Source: Nannocystales bacterium
Lineage (GTDB): Bacteria; Myxococcota_A; Polyangia; Nannocystales; Nannocystaceae
Direction of reading: 5' to 3'
Assembly (NCBI GenBank): GCA_050633305.1
Contig: JBOEGF010000007.1
Location: forward strand, 256,001-320,000
DNA: 64,000 nt
The position numbers were made by a program, and so were the translations under genes. Within the stretch, counting starts at the first letter, position 1. Each line of letters starts with the position of its first letter. Of this stretch, positions 1 through 11,716 are shown piece by piece. The notes beneath the pieces are model-generated. The model did not search any database. It saw only the letters and a program-made list of their open reading frames with translations, and was not told the origin of the DNA.

Positions 1-266
1 CCGTCTGTGTCGGTCCCCGACGACGAGGTGCCGTCGGTATCCCCACCGGTCGAAGCATCCGTCCCCGAGCTGCTCGAGGTCGAGCCGTCCGTGGTTGGAT
101 CCGGCGTCGTGTCGGTCACCGACGTCACAGGGATCGTCGTCGCGACCTCATCGGTTGTTGCCGCGTCGTCTCCGGTGGTCCCACTCTGGGCCGGGCCGGT
201 GTCATCATCGCAGGCAGACAGCGCGATCGCGCAGGCGAGCATGGGCAGGCAAGCCTTGCTGTTCAT
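1..266 (-). CDS. Lipoprotein with Thr/Ser/Asp/Gly-rich disordered N-terminal region (partial, runs off the window start)
   Basis: Not in the ORF track. Manual minus-strand translation from ATG 266 gives MNSKACLPMLACAIALSAC-DDDTGPAQSGTTGDDAATTDE...GTDTD, with lipobox LSAC and a low-complexity linker typical of myxobacterial lipoproteins. Confidence 0.8.
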   Translation of the reverse strand, partial: MNSKACLPMLACAIALSACDDDTGPAQSGTTGDDAATTDEVATTIPVTSVTDTTPDPTTDGSTSSSSGTDASTGGDTDGTSSSGTDTD

Positions 267-440
267 GAAGTCACGGTACCAGGAGCGATCGGCTGCGCGC
301 ATAAGATGCGCCGTTCCTACCATCGAGCGGGTCACGAACGTTCGACGCGATTCGCGATCGATGAGGTAGCGGTTCGCCAGAGGTCCTCTGCGGCCTTGCG
401 CCAACGGCTCAAACGTCGCTGTAGCGTGTCAGGCGCAGCG

Positions 441-469
441 TTGACCGCCTCAACGGTTAGCGCTAGAAC
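441..469 (+). promoter_or_regulatory. Putative sigma70-type promoter, leaderless geometry
   Basis: TTGACC (441-446), 17-nt spacer, TAGAAC (464-469). GTG start at 476 lies 6 nt after the -10, with no Shine-Dalgarno. Confidence 0.45.
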
Positions 470-475
470 CCGCCC

Positions 476-937
476 GTGCCGAGCGTGGAACCCGCAGAGC
501 CCTCTGGGCTCAAGCTTCGCTGGGTCTTGGGTGGAATCGCCATCCTCGTCGTTGCGATGGGGATCGCCGGCTACATGCAGCTGGTCCGAAGCCGTGATCA
601 CTTCGCGGCGACGACCGAAAAGATGGACGCGCTGGGCAAGACGGTCGACACCGAAGGCTGCATCACCGCGGTCCTCGACTGGCATGCGAATTGTGAGGCC
701 AACAAGCCGCTTTGTGATAACGGCGTGCCAATGGTCATGACCCACTGCCTCCTCGGTCGGGACCGGACCAGCACGTGCGAGACCGTCGACCTGTCCTCTG
801 CGAAGGCTAAGTGGGTGTTCGATACTTGCCAAGAACGGGGAACCCCCTGCTCCAATCGCAAAACTTGCGCGTGTGCTAGCGCATACCGGGCTATCGACAG
901 TTTCTGCCGACACGGGCAAGAAGGGGTCGCGCTGTGA
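476..937 (+). CDS. Hypothetical single-TM membrane protein with a 10-Cys domain
   Basis: N-terminal TM (WVLGGIAILVVAMGIAGY) and 10 Cys. The stop overlaps the ctaB start (GTGA), indicating translational coupling. Confidence 0.75.
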   Translation: MPSVEPAEPSGLKLRWVLGGIAILVVAMGIAGYMQLVRSRDHFAATTEKMDALGKTVDTEGCITAVLDWHANCEANKPLCDNGVPMVMTHCLLGRDRTSTCETVDLSSAKAKWVFDTCQERGTPCSNRKTCACASAYRAIDSFCRHGQEGVAL

Positions 938-1797
938 AGACTCCAAGCCGAACCGCCGACCTCGTCGCGCTGACCAAGCCATCCATCACCCGGATGTGTC
1001 TGATGATGGCCGGGGGCGGCATGGCGCTCGCGCCCGGCTCGGTCGACTGGGTCACGGGCGTCTCCACCTTCGTGGGTGTCGGCCTGGCTGTCGGTGGCGC
1101 CAACGCGTTCAACATGTGGTGGGAGCGCAACACCGACGGGCTGATGTCCCGGACCAAGCGGCGTCCCTTGCCGACCGGCCGGGTCCGGGCGGCGACTGCC
1201 TTCAAATTCGCGGCGGCGCTCAGCCTCGCTTCGCTCGTCGTGCTGGCGCTGGGCACCAACGTGCTCACCGCGGTTCTCGCCGCGCTCGCCATCTTCAGCT
1301 ACGTCGCCGTCTACACGCCGCTCAAGTACAAGACGCCCTCCGCCCTCATCATCGGAGCGGTGCCCGGTGCGGCGCCTCCTCTTCTGGGTTGGACCGCGGT
1401 CACCGACAGCGTCGATCCTCCCGCGATCGTCCTGTTTGCGATCTTGCTCGTGTGGCAGTTGCCGCACTTCATCGCGATCGCGATCTATCGCAAGCAGGAG
1501 TACGCGCGGGCCGGCATCAAGGTGGTTCCGCTTGTCCGCGGTGAGCCCATCGCGAAGATTCAAGCCGTCGCCTGGGCGCTGGTGCTCGTGCCGCTGACGC
1601 TTCTGCTCGTCCCGGTCGGTGGGGCAGGGCTCATCTACTTCGTTTCGGCCGCGCTGCTCGGTGCCGCGTTCTTGGGTTGGAGTTTCACCGGCCTGGACAA
1701 TGACGCCGGCGTTCGATGGGCTCGCAACTACTTCCTCGCTTCGCTGGTGTACCTGCCAGCGCTCACGTTGGCGTTGGTCGCCGACGTGTTCCTCTAG
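934..1797 (+). CDS. ctaB: Protoheme IX farnesyltransferase (heme O synthase)
   Basis: UbiA-family motifs LTKP, ANAFNMWWERNTDGLMSRTKRRPLP, YTPLK, GAVPGAAPPLLGW, WQLPHF; multi-TM. Confidence 0.95.
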   Translation: MKTPSRTADLVALTKPSITRMCLMMAGGGMALAPGSVDWVTGVSTFVGVGLAVGGANAFNMWWERNTDGLMSRTKRRPLPTGRVRAATAFKFAAALSLASLVVLALGTNVLTAVLAALAIFSYVAVYTPLKYKTPSALIIGAVPGAAPPLLGWTAVTDSVDPPAIVLFAILLVWQLPHFIAIAIYRKQEYARAGIKVVPLVRGEPIAKIQAVAWALVLVPLTLLLVPVGGAGLIYFVSAALLGAAFLGWSFTGLDNDAGVRWARNYFLASLVYLPALTLALVADVFL

Positions 1798-1842
1798 GGC
1801 GTTCTTCGCCCATCGCTTTTCGACCGTACCCCCGGGTTTCCC

Positions 1843-2526
1843 ATGGCCGCGCCTCCCCCAGACTTCGAGCCCCCCGCCTGGCTGGAGTTCCTACGTCGCC
1901 ACATTTGGGTGATCATGGGCGGCCTCGCGGTCGTCACGATCACCTTGCTGCGCCCCTACATGCGTCACATTCCGGACCCTCCGGAGGTGATGTTCACGCT
2001 GCCGAGTGACTACGCGTTGGTCGACCACGAAGGTCGACCGTTCAACCCGGAGACGCTCAAAGGAGAGGTGTGGGTGGCGGGCTTCGTGTTCACCCGGTGC
2101 CCGAGCAGTTGCCCCGCGGTGACCCGCGCGATGCAAGACCTCTACGCCCGGTTCGAACGCAACAGCGTCAACGTGAAGATGGTCTCCTTCTCGGTCGATC
2201 CCGAGTACGACACCCCCGAGGTCCTGGGCGCCTATCACGACGAGTTTGCGACCGAGGACGACGAGGCGTGGCGGTTCGTGACCGGCGACCTGCCGGCCGT
2301 CACCGCACTGCTCGAGGGTGGCTTCAAGCTCGGCGTTGGCGACCGGACCGAAGTCGACGGTCTCTTCGACATCGCGCACTCCACCAAGCTCGCCCTCGTC
2401 GATGGCGATGGGAACGTGCGCGGCTTTTACGGGCTCGATCCGACGCCCAGCGTGGATGGGGGGCTCGACGAACTCTATGAGCGAGCCGACCGCGTGATGA
2501 TGATGGAGCGGAGCAAGCGGAAATGA
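1843..2526 (+). CDS. SCO1/SenC copper chaperone
   Basis: N-terminal TM, FTRCPSSCP (CxxxC), SVDPEYDTPEVL and the conserved His in IAHSTKLALVD. Confidence 0.93.
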   Translation: MAAPPPDFEPPAWLEFLRRHIWVIMGGLAVVTITLLRPYMRHIPDPPEVMFTLPSDYALVDHEGRPFNPETLKGEVWVAGFVFTRCPSSCPAVTRAMQDLYARFERNSVNVKMVSFSVDPEYDTPEVLGAYHDEFATEDDEAWRFVTGDLPAVTALLEGGFKLGVGDRTEVDGLFDIAHSTKLALVDGDGNVRGFYGLDPTPSVDGGLDELYERADRVMMMERSKRK

Positions 2527-2963
2527 CGCGCTGCGCAGCACTCGTTGCGGTGGCCGCAGCCACTGCCTCCGTCTCCGCCTGCGAGGAGGATCCCCCCAAG
2601 TTCTCGGCGCCGATGGTGCTCGGAGGCGAAGAGGTTCCCGCGGAGGTGCTCAATGCCGGACATCGCAGCTTCGAGATGCGCTGCGCGAGCTGTCACGGCC
2701 GGGATGGGTCAGGGCAGGGCCCCGCATCCTCCGGCCTGGCCCACCCGCCGCGTGACTTTCGACAAGCCGACTTCAAATACAAGTCGGTCGCCGATGGGGC
2801 ATTGCCTTCCGACGAGGATCTCGACATCACCATCCGCAACGGCAAGCTCGCCAACGGGATGCCCGCGTTCAGCGGCCTGTCGGACGACGACCGGCACGCA
2901 ATCATCCAGTATCTCAAGACCTTCTCGCCCCGCTGGGCCGAGGCAAAGCCGGAGGCATCTTGA
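2523..2963 (+). CDS. Monoheme cytochrome c lipoprotein
   Basis: Lipobox VSAC, CASCH heme motif, PPRDF and distal Met in GMPAF. Confidence 0.88.
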   Translation: MTRCAALVAVAAATASVSACEEDPPKFSAPMVLGGEEVPAEVLNAGHRSFEMRCASCHGRDGSGQGPASSGLAHPPRDFRQADFKYKSVADGALPSDEDLDITIRNGKLANGMPAFSGLSDDDRHAIIQYLKTFSPRWAEAKPEAS

Positions 2964-3112
2964 TGATGACGATGGCTCGGTCGACCCACTTTCGAAGCGA
3001 TCATGATCCCTGCGCGAATCGCCGCGGTGATCAGTCTCTCGAACACCTTGCTCATCAACCCCAGGTGGCCGCGGAAACGCGGTTCTCCAGGCTTTCAAAG
3101 CGCATTCCCTTG

Positions 3113-3131
3113 TTGCGGCAACCTGTCGCAA
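3113..3131. promoter_or_regulatory. Putative RegR/RegA/PrrA-type binding site upstream of the ACIII-caa3 operon
   Basis: TTGCGGCA-ACC-TGTCGCAA is an imperfect palindrome containing GCGGC-N5-GTCGC (3115-3129), within the 413-bp intergenic region. Confidence 0.55.
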
Positions 3132-3376
3132 TTGATAGGGTCCGCGCCGGATTCAGCGGGATGTACGCACTTCTTTCCGCCGCGACAGGCACCCCTCGTG
3201 GTTGCTCTCTTTGCTGTACGGATTTCCGTAGGGCGAAGGGCGTCGTTGAATTCGGTTTCGCGGATTCCGCGACTCTCTGCACACCCACCCCATCAAACGT
3301 CGGGGACGACGAACTTGTTTCTTCGCGCACTCGCGAAGTCTTCGAGTCCATGCAGTCCCCCAGGACGGTGAACTAG

Positions 3377-4045
3377 ATGCCTGCCATCTTCCCTCGCTGG
3401 ACGAACACTCTCCCAGTCGTACTCGGACTGATCGCTCCCATTCTCGGAGCCGGCGCCATCTTCACGGTTTGGTACTGGTTCTCACCGCAATACACCGACG
3501 TCGGCTATCAGCCGGCTCAACCGGTGCCGTACAGCCACAAGCTGCACGCGGGTGAGATGGGGATGGACTGTCGCTACTGCCACAACACTGTGGAAACTGC
3601 GGCCGTTGCGGCGATCCCGCCCACGCAAACCTGCATGAACTGCCACGACGGTCTCGTGCAGACGACGAACCCTGGCGGCCCCTACGAGGGCCGGATCGCC
3701 AACCTCAAGAAAAGCTGGGAGACCGGCGAGGCTGTCGAATGGGTTCGCGTCCACATGCTTCCGGACTACGCGTACTTCAACCACTCGCCGCACGTGGCGG
3801 CAGGGGTTGGCTGCGCGAGCTGTCACGGGCGTGTCGACCAGATGGTCGTCGTCTCGCAGGACCAACCACTTTCCATGGGCTGGTGCCTGGATTGCCACCG
3901 CAATCCCAAGCCCAACCTCCGCCCGCTCGACCAGGTCACGAACATGAACTGGAACTCGGACGCAGAAAACTACGATCCGGACCGCGACCCCGAGCGCAAG
4001 CGCAAGGTCAACCCGCCGGTCCACTGCTCGGGATGTCACCGATAG
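3377..4045 (+). CDS. actA: Alternative complex III pentaheme cytochrome c subunit
   Basis: N-terminal TM, QPVPYSHKLH, and five CxxCH motifs (CRYCH, CMNCH, CASCH, CLDCH, CSGCH); first gene of the act cluster. Confidence 0.93.
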   Translation: MPAIFPRWTNTLPVVLGLIAPILGAGAIFTVWYWFSPQYTDVGYQPAQPVPYSHKLHAGEMGMDCRYCHNTVETAAVAAIPPTQTCMNCHDGLVQTTNPGGPYEGRIANLKKSWETGEAVEWVRVHMLPDYAYFNHSPHVAAGVGCASCHGRVDQMVVVSQDQPLSMGWCLDCHRNPKPNLRPLDQVTNMNWNSDAENYDPDRDPERKRKVNPPVHCSGCHR

Positions 4046-4064
4046 TCCCCGAGGGGTTTTACCG

Positions 4065-7000
4065 ATGAAGAAGCTCAACGTCGTCAATGGCAAGGCCGCC
4101 CCGCAGCGCCTCGGCCCCATCCAACCCCAGGGTGAGGTGGCCAACCGAGTCGTGCAGCGTGGGTCGCAGTTCTGGCGGAGCCTTCAGGGCCGTTCAGAAA
4201 GCCCGCAGGAAAAAGATGCTCACGCCGACACGTGGAAGGAGTTCCCCGAGGGAGCCGAAGAGCTGGAGATCCCAGCCGACGGTGTCTCTCGCCGGAACTT
4301 CTTCGGCCTGATCGGTTCGGGCGCAGCGCTGGCAGGGGTCTCGATGACCACCACCGGCTGCATCCGCAAGCCGCAGGAAAACATCCTTCCGTTCAAGACG
4401 CGCCCCGAGGATGTCATCCCGGGCAAGCCGATGTTCTACGCGTCGGCCTTTGCGCTCGGCGGGTCGGTCGAGGGCGTCGTGGTCGAGAGCCACGACGGCC
4501 GTCCGATCAAACTCGAAGGCAACGGAAACCACTCCGGCTCGGGCGGAGCCACCTCGCTGTACGCACAGGCGTCGATCCTGGATCTCTACGATCCGGACCG
4601 CAGCCGGATGCCCATGAAGGACGGCGAGATCAGCGACTGGAGCGCGGCGCGAGCCGGCCTCACGACGCTGCTCGACGGAAAGAGCAAGGCAAAGGGCGCG
4701 GGCTTGGCGTTTGTCGTTCGCGACATGCCTTCGCCGACCAACCGCAGCTTGCTCGCCAGCATGAAGCAGCGGTACCCGCAGGCGCGATTCTTCGACGGCG
4801 ATTCGCTGCGCAACGCGCAATCGGTCGCGGTTGCGGAAATGCTCGCCGGCGACGGCGCTCGGTTCCGTTACTCGCTCGAGGGAGCCAAGGTCATCGCATC
4901 GTTCGATGCCGACTTCCTGGGTTCTAACTTCGAAGACGGCAACCGACTCTCGCGAGAGTGGTCGGGCACCCGCCAGGTCGTCGGTCCCACTGACCCGATG
5001 TCCCGGCTGTACGTCTTCGAGCCGCACCTGAGCAACACCGGCATGATGGCCGACCACCGGGCACGCATCCGCGGCAGCCAGGTGGGCGACGCGCTCATCG
5101 CACTCGCCAAGGCCCTCATGGGTGGCAAGTACGACGCGGTCAAGGCACCCCCGGGCTTCTCGGTCGACGCGCTCCCCGCCGTCCAACTCGACGAGGGCAC
5201 CCAGGCCGTCGTCGAGGTGTTGGCGCAAGACCTTGCGGAGGCCGTCGAGAACGACCGCTGCAAAGAAGCGGCGGCTGCGGCGGCTGCCGGGGCAAAGCCC
5301 TCGCGATACCGTCCGCTCTGCAAGTCTGCCGTCATGGTCGGCGAACGTCAGCCCATGTGGGTCCACGCCCTCGCGGCTGCGATCAACTCGGCTGTCCGCA
5401 ACACCGGCACCATGGTGCGCTGGCGGTTCGACCGCTCGGCCGTCCCGCTGGAGACGCTCACCGCGCTCTCCGAGGGACTCGGCAAGGACATCGACACGGT
5501 CGTCTGCGTCGACACCAACCCGGCATACGACGGGCTCTCCGACCACGGATTGGCTGAGAAGCTGACCGCGGCGACAACGATCCACCTCGGCCTGTACCGA
5601 GACGAGACGGGCGCGCTCGCCAACTGGCACCTGCCCATCTCCCACTTCCTCGAGGCCTGGGGCGACGCGGAAAGCACGGATGGGACCATCGCCATCGTGC
5701 AGCCGCTCATCGATCCGCTGCACGACACGTACAGCGACACCGAGCTGCTCCATCTGATTGCCACGGGCAAGCTCGACCGCGGAAGCGCGGTCCTGAAGAA
5801 GTTCTGGAAAGGCCAGCTCGGTCCCAGCTTCTCCGACAAGACATGGCGCCGCTGGCTCCACGACGGCGTCGTCACCGGAGCACCGCGCGAGGTCAACATC
5901 CCGCCGCTCTCCAACTGGGAGAAGATCCCGCCGGCTGTCACCGAAGGGCGCAAGCCGGTCGAGGGGATGGAGATCAACTTCCACCTCGACCCGACGCTTG
6001 CCGACGGTCGCTACGGAAACAACGCGTGGCTTCAAGAGCTGCCGCATCCGGTCTCCAAGCTCGCTTGGGACAACGCGGCGTACGTCTCGCCTGGGACCGC
6101 GAACAAGCTTGGCGTTGCCAACGAAGACTTGGTCACCGTCACGGTGACCGGGGGCGGTTCGATGGAACTCCCCATCTTCATCATGCCGGGCCAGGCGACC
6201 GACACCGTGTCGATCAACATCGGCAGCGGCCGCACGGTCGTCCGCTGGGATGGCGACGAGGGCGTGGTCTCCAAGGGCGCCGGCTTCAATGCCAATGTCG
6301 CGCGGAGCTCGGCCTCGGCTTGGATCGCAGGCGGAACGCTCGCGAAGGCCAGCGGAACCTACGCCCTGGCCAACACTCAGGATTACGGCTCGCTCAAGCC
6401 GCCTGCGTACCTCAACAACTTCAAGGAGCGCCCCATCGTGCTCGAGGCCACCACGGAGGAGTTCAGCGCCGAGCCGAACTTCGTCGAGAAGGCCAACTTG
6501 ATGGACGAGGAGCGCCTCCGCCACCTGTGGGAGCCTCCGAAGCTCACGGGCAAGCAACAGTGGGGCATGAGCGTCGACCTCAACACGTGCACCGGCTGCC
6601 TGAGCTGTGTGGTCGCGTGTCAGGCCGAGAACAACATCGCCGTCGTCGGCAAGGAGCAGGTCATCAACGGCCGCGAGCTCCACTGGATTCGACTCGACCG
6701 CTACTACCGCGCGGTCGACCCCAAGACCCGTCACGACGAGTCCTGGGAGAACATCGACGACGTCGAGGCTGCGATCCAGCCCATGTTCTGCCAGCACTGC
6801 GAGTCGGCTCCCTGTGAGTCGGTCTGCCCGGTTGCCGCCACCGTCCACAGCCCCGAGGGGCTCAACGACATGGTCTACAACCGCTGCATTGGCACGCGGT
6901 ACTGCTCGAACAACTGCCCGTACAAAGTGCGGCGGTACAACTTCTTCAACTACAACCTCGGCCTGCGACCCGGCGACTGGAAGATCTATCGCCAGGACGA

Positions 7001-7465
7001 CCAGACCCGAAAAGGCCTGGAGCGCGAGGACGCCTGGCTTCGCCAGATGCAGAAGAACCCGGACGTCACCGTCCGCTTCCGCGGCATCATGGAGAAGTGC
7101 ACGTACTGCGTGCAGCGCATCAACGCGCAGAAGATCGAAGCCCATGTGGCCGGCAAGGATGTCGTCGAAGACGGCAAGATCCTCACCGCCTGTCAGCAGG
7201 TCTGCCCGACCGGCGCCATGGTCTTCGGAGACATCCACGACCCCGACAGTGCAGTGAGCAAGGCGAAGCGTTCGCCTCGCAACTACGCGGTGTTGCGTGA
7301 CCTCAACACGCAGCCCCGGACCACGTACCTCGCTCGCATCCGCAACCCGCACCCGACGCTGGGCGCGATTCGCAAGAAGGCCGAGCAGGACTTCGCAGCC
7401 TCTCAAGGCGAGACCCCCGCGAGCAGCGATGCCGCAGCGGCCGAGCAGACTGGGGAGCATCACTA

Positions 7466-7466
<1 letters not shown>
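4065..7466 (+). CDS. actB: Alternative complex III ActB (Tat-exported molybdopterin-oxidoreductase-like domain plus Fe-S domain)
   Basis: Tat motif SRRNFF then lipobox-like [24 protein letters not shown]; Fe-S motifs [37 protein letters not shown] (3Fe-4S type), KCTYC, ACQQVCP. Confidence 0.95.
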
Positions 7467-9236
<1,770 letters not shown>

Positions 9237-9244
<8 letters not shown>

Positions 9245-9776
9245 GCGCCCCAAAAGCTTCGGTCTTCTGGCCGAATACGAAACTCCGCATGACCTGTATC
9301 ACGCGTGTGAGCAGGTCCGAGACGCCGGCTACGCTGCCTGGGACGCCTACACCCCGTTCCCGGTTCACGGGCTCGAGAAGGCGATGGGCCTTCGCGCGTC
9401 GCTCGTGCCTTGGATCGTCTGTGTGATGGGCTTCTCCGGTGCTGCACTCGGCTTCTTGATGCAGTACTGGATGTCCGCGGTGGACTATCCGCTGATCATC
9501 GCCGCCAAGCCGATGAACAGCTACCCGGCATTCGTGCCCGTCACCTTCGAGCCCGGCATTCTGCTCGGTTCGTTCGGGGCGGTGTTCGGAATGCTGGGGC
9601 TCAACAAGCTCCCGCAGCTGTATCACTCGCTCTTCAACTCGAAGAACTTCGCTCGGGTCACGGACGACCGCTTCTTCATCGCGATCGAAGCGCGCGACCC
9701 CCGGTACCACACCGACGACACGACCAAGTTTCTCGAAGAAACCGGCGCCGTGAGTGTCGAGGAGGTCGAGGAGTAG
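9237..9776 (+). CDS. actD: Alternative complex III ActD (DUF3341-type)
   Basis: Start reassigned to ATG 9237 (overlaps the actC stop). Motifs [10 protein letters not shown], two TMs, [16 protein letters not shown]. Confidence 0.9.
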
Positions 9777-9778
9777 AG

Positions 9779-10453
9779 ATGTCTTTCATGCATCGATCTT
9801 TCGTAGCCTTCGCGCTGGTCGGCCTTGCAGGCTGTTGGGGCAACTACTCCGATTCGCCTCCTGTCCACCTCCAGCAGAACATGGACCTGCAGGAGCGGGG
9901 CGAGGCTCAAGAGCGCAACCAGTTCTTCGACGACGGTCGTGTGATGCGGACTCCGCCCACCGGCACCGTCGCGGTCGGCTTCCTCAAGGATGACGACCAC
10001 CTCTGGAGAGGCATCGACGACCAGGGCAAGCTCGCGGCAACACTGCCTGAAGGCATGACGCTCAACGCCGAGCTCCTCGCGCGTGGCGAGGACCGCTACA
10101 ACATCTACTGCGCGCCATGCCATGGCGAGCAGGGCCGCGGCGATGGCATGGCCAACCGTCGTGTGGCGGATGGCTTCGCGCAGGCCCCCGCCAACTTCCA
10201 CGACGAGCAGTACCAACCGGCACCGCTCGGCTACCTCTTCAAAGTCGGCTCCGAGGGCTACGGCGTGATGAAGGGCTACACGGCCCAGATCCCCGACCCC
10301 AAGGACCGCTGGGCAATCGCTGCCTGGGTCCGCGTGCTTCAGGTGTCGCACCGTTCCAACAAGGCCGAGGTCCAGAAGCAGTTGGCCCAGGCCGGCAACG
10401 CACCCGCCAAAGCCCAAGGCAAGACTCAAGCCAGGAACGGAGCCGCAAAATGA
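9779..10453 (+). CDS. actE: Alternative complex III monoheme cytochrome c lipoprotein
   Basis: Start ATG 9779; lipobox LAGC; FFDDGRVMRTPPTGTV; CAPCH; DRWAIAAWVRVLQ. Confidence 0.9.
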   Translation: MSFMHRSFVAFALVGLAGCWGNYSDSPPVHLQQNMDLQERGEAQERNQFFDDGRVMRTPPTGTVAVGFLKDDDHLWRGIDDQGKLAATLPEGMTLNAELLARGEDRYNIYCAPCHGEQGRGDGMANRRVADGFAQAPANFHDEQYQPAPLGYLFKVGSEGYGVMKGYTAQIPDPKDRWAIAAWVRVLQVSHRSNKAEVQKQLAQAGNAPAKAQGKTQARNGAAK

Positions 10454-11691
10454 GCGCTCACGACGAACCAGTTGTCCGCCCCGAACAGGTGAACATCTCC
10501 GGCAGCTCCATGTGGAAGAAGCTTCCCATGATCGCTGGCGTGATCGGGATCCTCGCCCTCGCAGGTGCCTTCGGGATGAAGGGGGAGCACGACGAAGGCT
10601 TCTACTTCTCGTACCTGACCTCCACCATGTTCTGGCTCGCGCTGAGCCTCGGTGGGCTGTTCTTCGTGCTGGTGCAGCACGCGGCCCGAGCGGGCTGGTC
10701 GATCGTCGTCCGACGAATCGCCGAGAACATGGCGCTGACGTTGCCGATGATGGGGCTGCTGATCCTGCCCGTCATCTTCCTGGGCGCGCATGACCTGTTC
10801 CACTGGACGCACACCGAGGTCGTCTCCTCGGACCCGATGCTCTCGTGGAAGGAGCCGTTCCTCAACGAGAGCAGCTTCCAAGTCCGGGCGTTCATCTACA
10901 TCGCCGTCTGGTCGATCTTCGGCATCTTCTACTGGCGCACATCGACGTCGCAAGACGACGCGAGCGGGAAGGCCGTCGAAGAGAAGAGCCACAAGATGCG
11001 CTGGGCCGCCCCGCTGGGCATCGCGGTCTTCGCTCTGTCGCTGACGTTCTCGGCCTTCGACTGGCTGATGTCGCTCGACCCGCACTGGTTCTCGACCATC
11101 TTCGGCGCGTACTACTTCGCGGGCGCAGTGGTCTCGACCCACGCCTTCATCGCACTGCTCGTCATCCTCTTGCACCGCAGCGGCTACCTCCGCGGCGTGG
11201 TCACGAAGGAGCACTTCCACGACCTGGGCAAGATGATGTTCGGATTCACGGTGTTCTGGGCGTACATGGCGTTCTCCCAGTACATGCTCATCTGGTACGC
11301 GACCATTCCTGAGGAGACCGAATGGTTCAGCTACCGCGGAGCAGGGGACTACCTCGCGCTCTCGATCGTCCTGGCGTTCGCTCGCTTCGTGTTCCCGTTC
11401 CTCGGGCTCATCTCGCGACACATCAAGCGCAACCCCAAGACGCTCGCGTTCTGGGCAGTGTGGATTCTGATCGCAGAGTTCATCGACATGTTCTGGCTGA
11501 TCGACCCCGTGGGCCCGCACAACGCTGGCAACCATCACCCCTCGATCGAGTTCGGGCTGGTGGACATCCTCTGCTTCGTCGGTATCGGTGGCCTGTGGCT
11601 CGCCGTGATGACCTGGGGGCTGTCGCGCAAAGCGCTCGTCCCCGTCAAAGATCCCCGACTCGCTGAGTCGGTTCACTTTGAGAACTTCTAA
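10450..11691 (+). CDS. actF: Alternative complex III ActF membrane subunit
   Basis: Start ATG 10450 (ATGA overlap). Motifs AGWS..RRIAE, DWLMSLDPHWFSTIFG, HFHDLGK, FSQYMLIWY..IPEET. Confidence 0.92.
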   Translation: MSAHDEPVVRPEQVNISGSSMWKKLPMIAGVIGILALAGAFGMKGEHDEGFYFSYLTSTMFWLALSLGGLFFVLVQHAARAGWSIVVRRIAENMALTLPMMGLLILPVIFLGAHDLFHWTHTEVVSSDPMLSWKEPFLNESSFQVRAFIYIAVWSIFGIFYWRTSTSQDDASGKAVEEKSHKMRWAAPLGIAVFALSLTFSAFDWLMSLDPHWFSTIFGAYYFAGAVVSTHAFIALLVILLHRSGYLRGVVTKEHFHDLGKMMFGFTVFWAYMAFSQYMLIWYATIPEETEWFSYRGAGDYLALSIVLAFARFVFPFLGLISRHIKRNPKTLAFWAVWILIAEFIDMFWLIDPVGPHNAGNHHPSIEFGLVDILCFVGIGGLWLAVMTWGLSRKALVPVKDPRLAESVHFENF

Positions 11692-11716
11692 GGCCACTTC
11701 CTGAGCGAGTTCCGAT

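Noticed and set aside
7..369. + strand Val/Ser-rich ORF
   Set aside because: It is the antisense reading of the minus-strand lipoprotein, which has a proper lipobox.
2960..3376. ORFs spanning the region upstream of actA (2960-3376, 3003-3371, 3055-3351)
   Set aside because: Atypical codon and amino-acid composition and no motifs; the region is better explained as regulatory.
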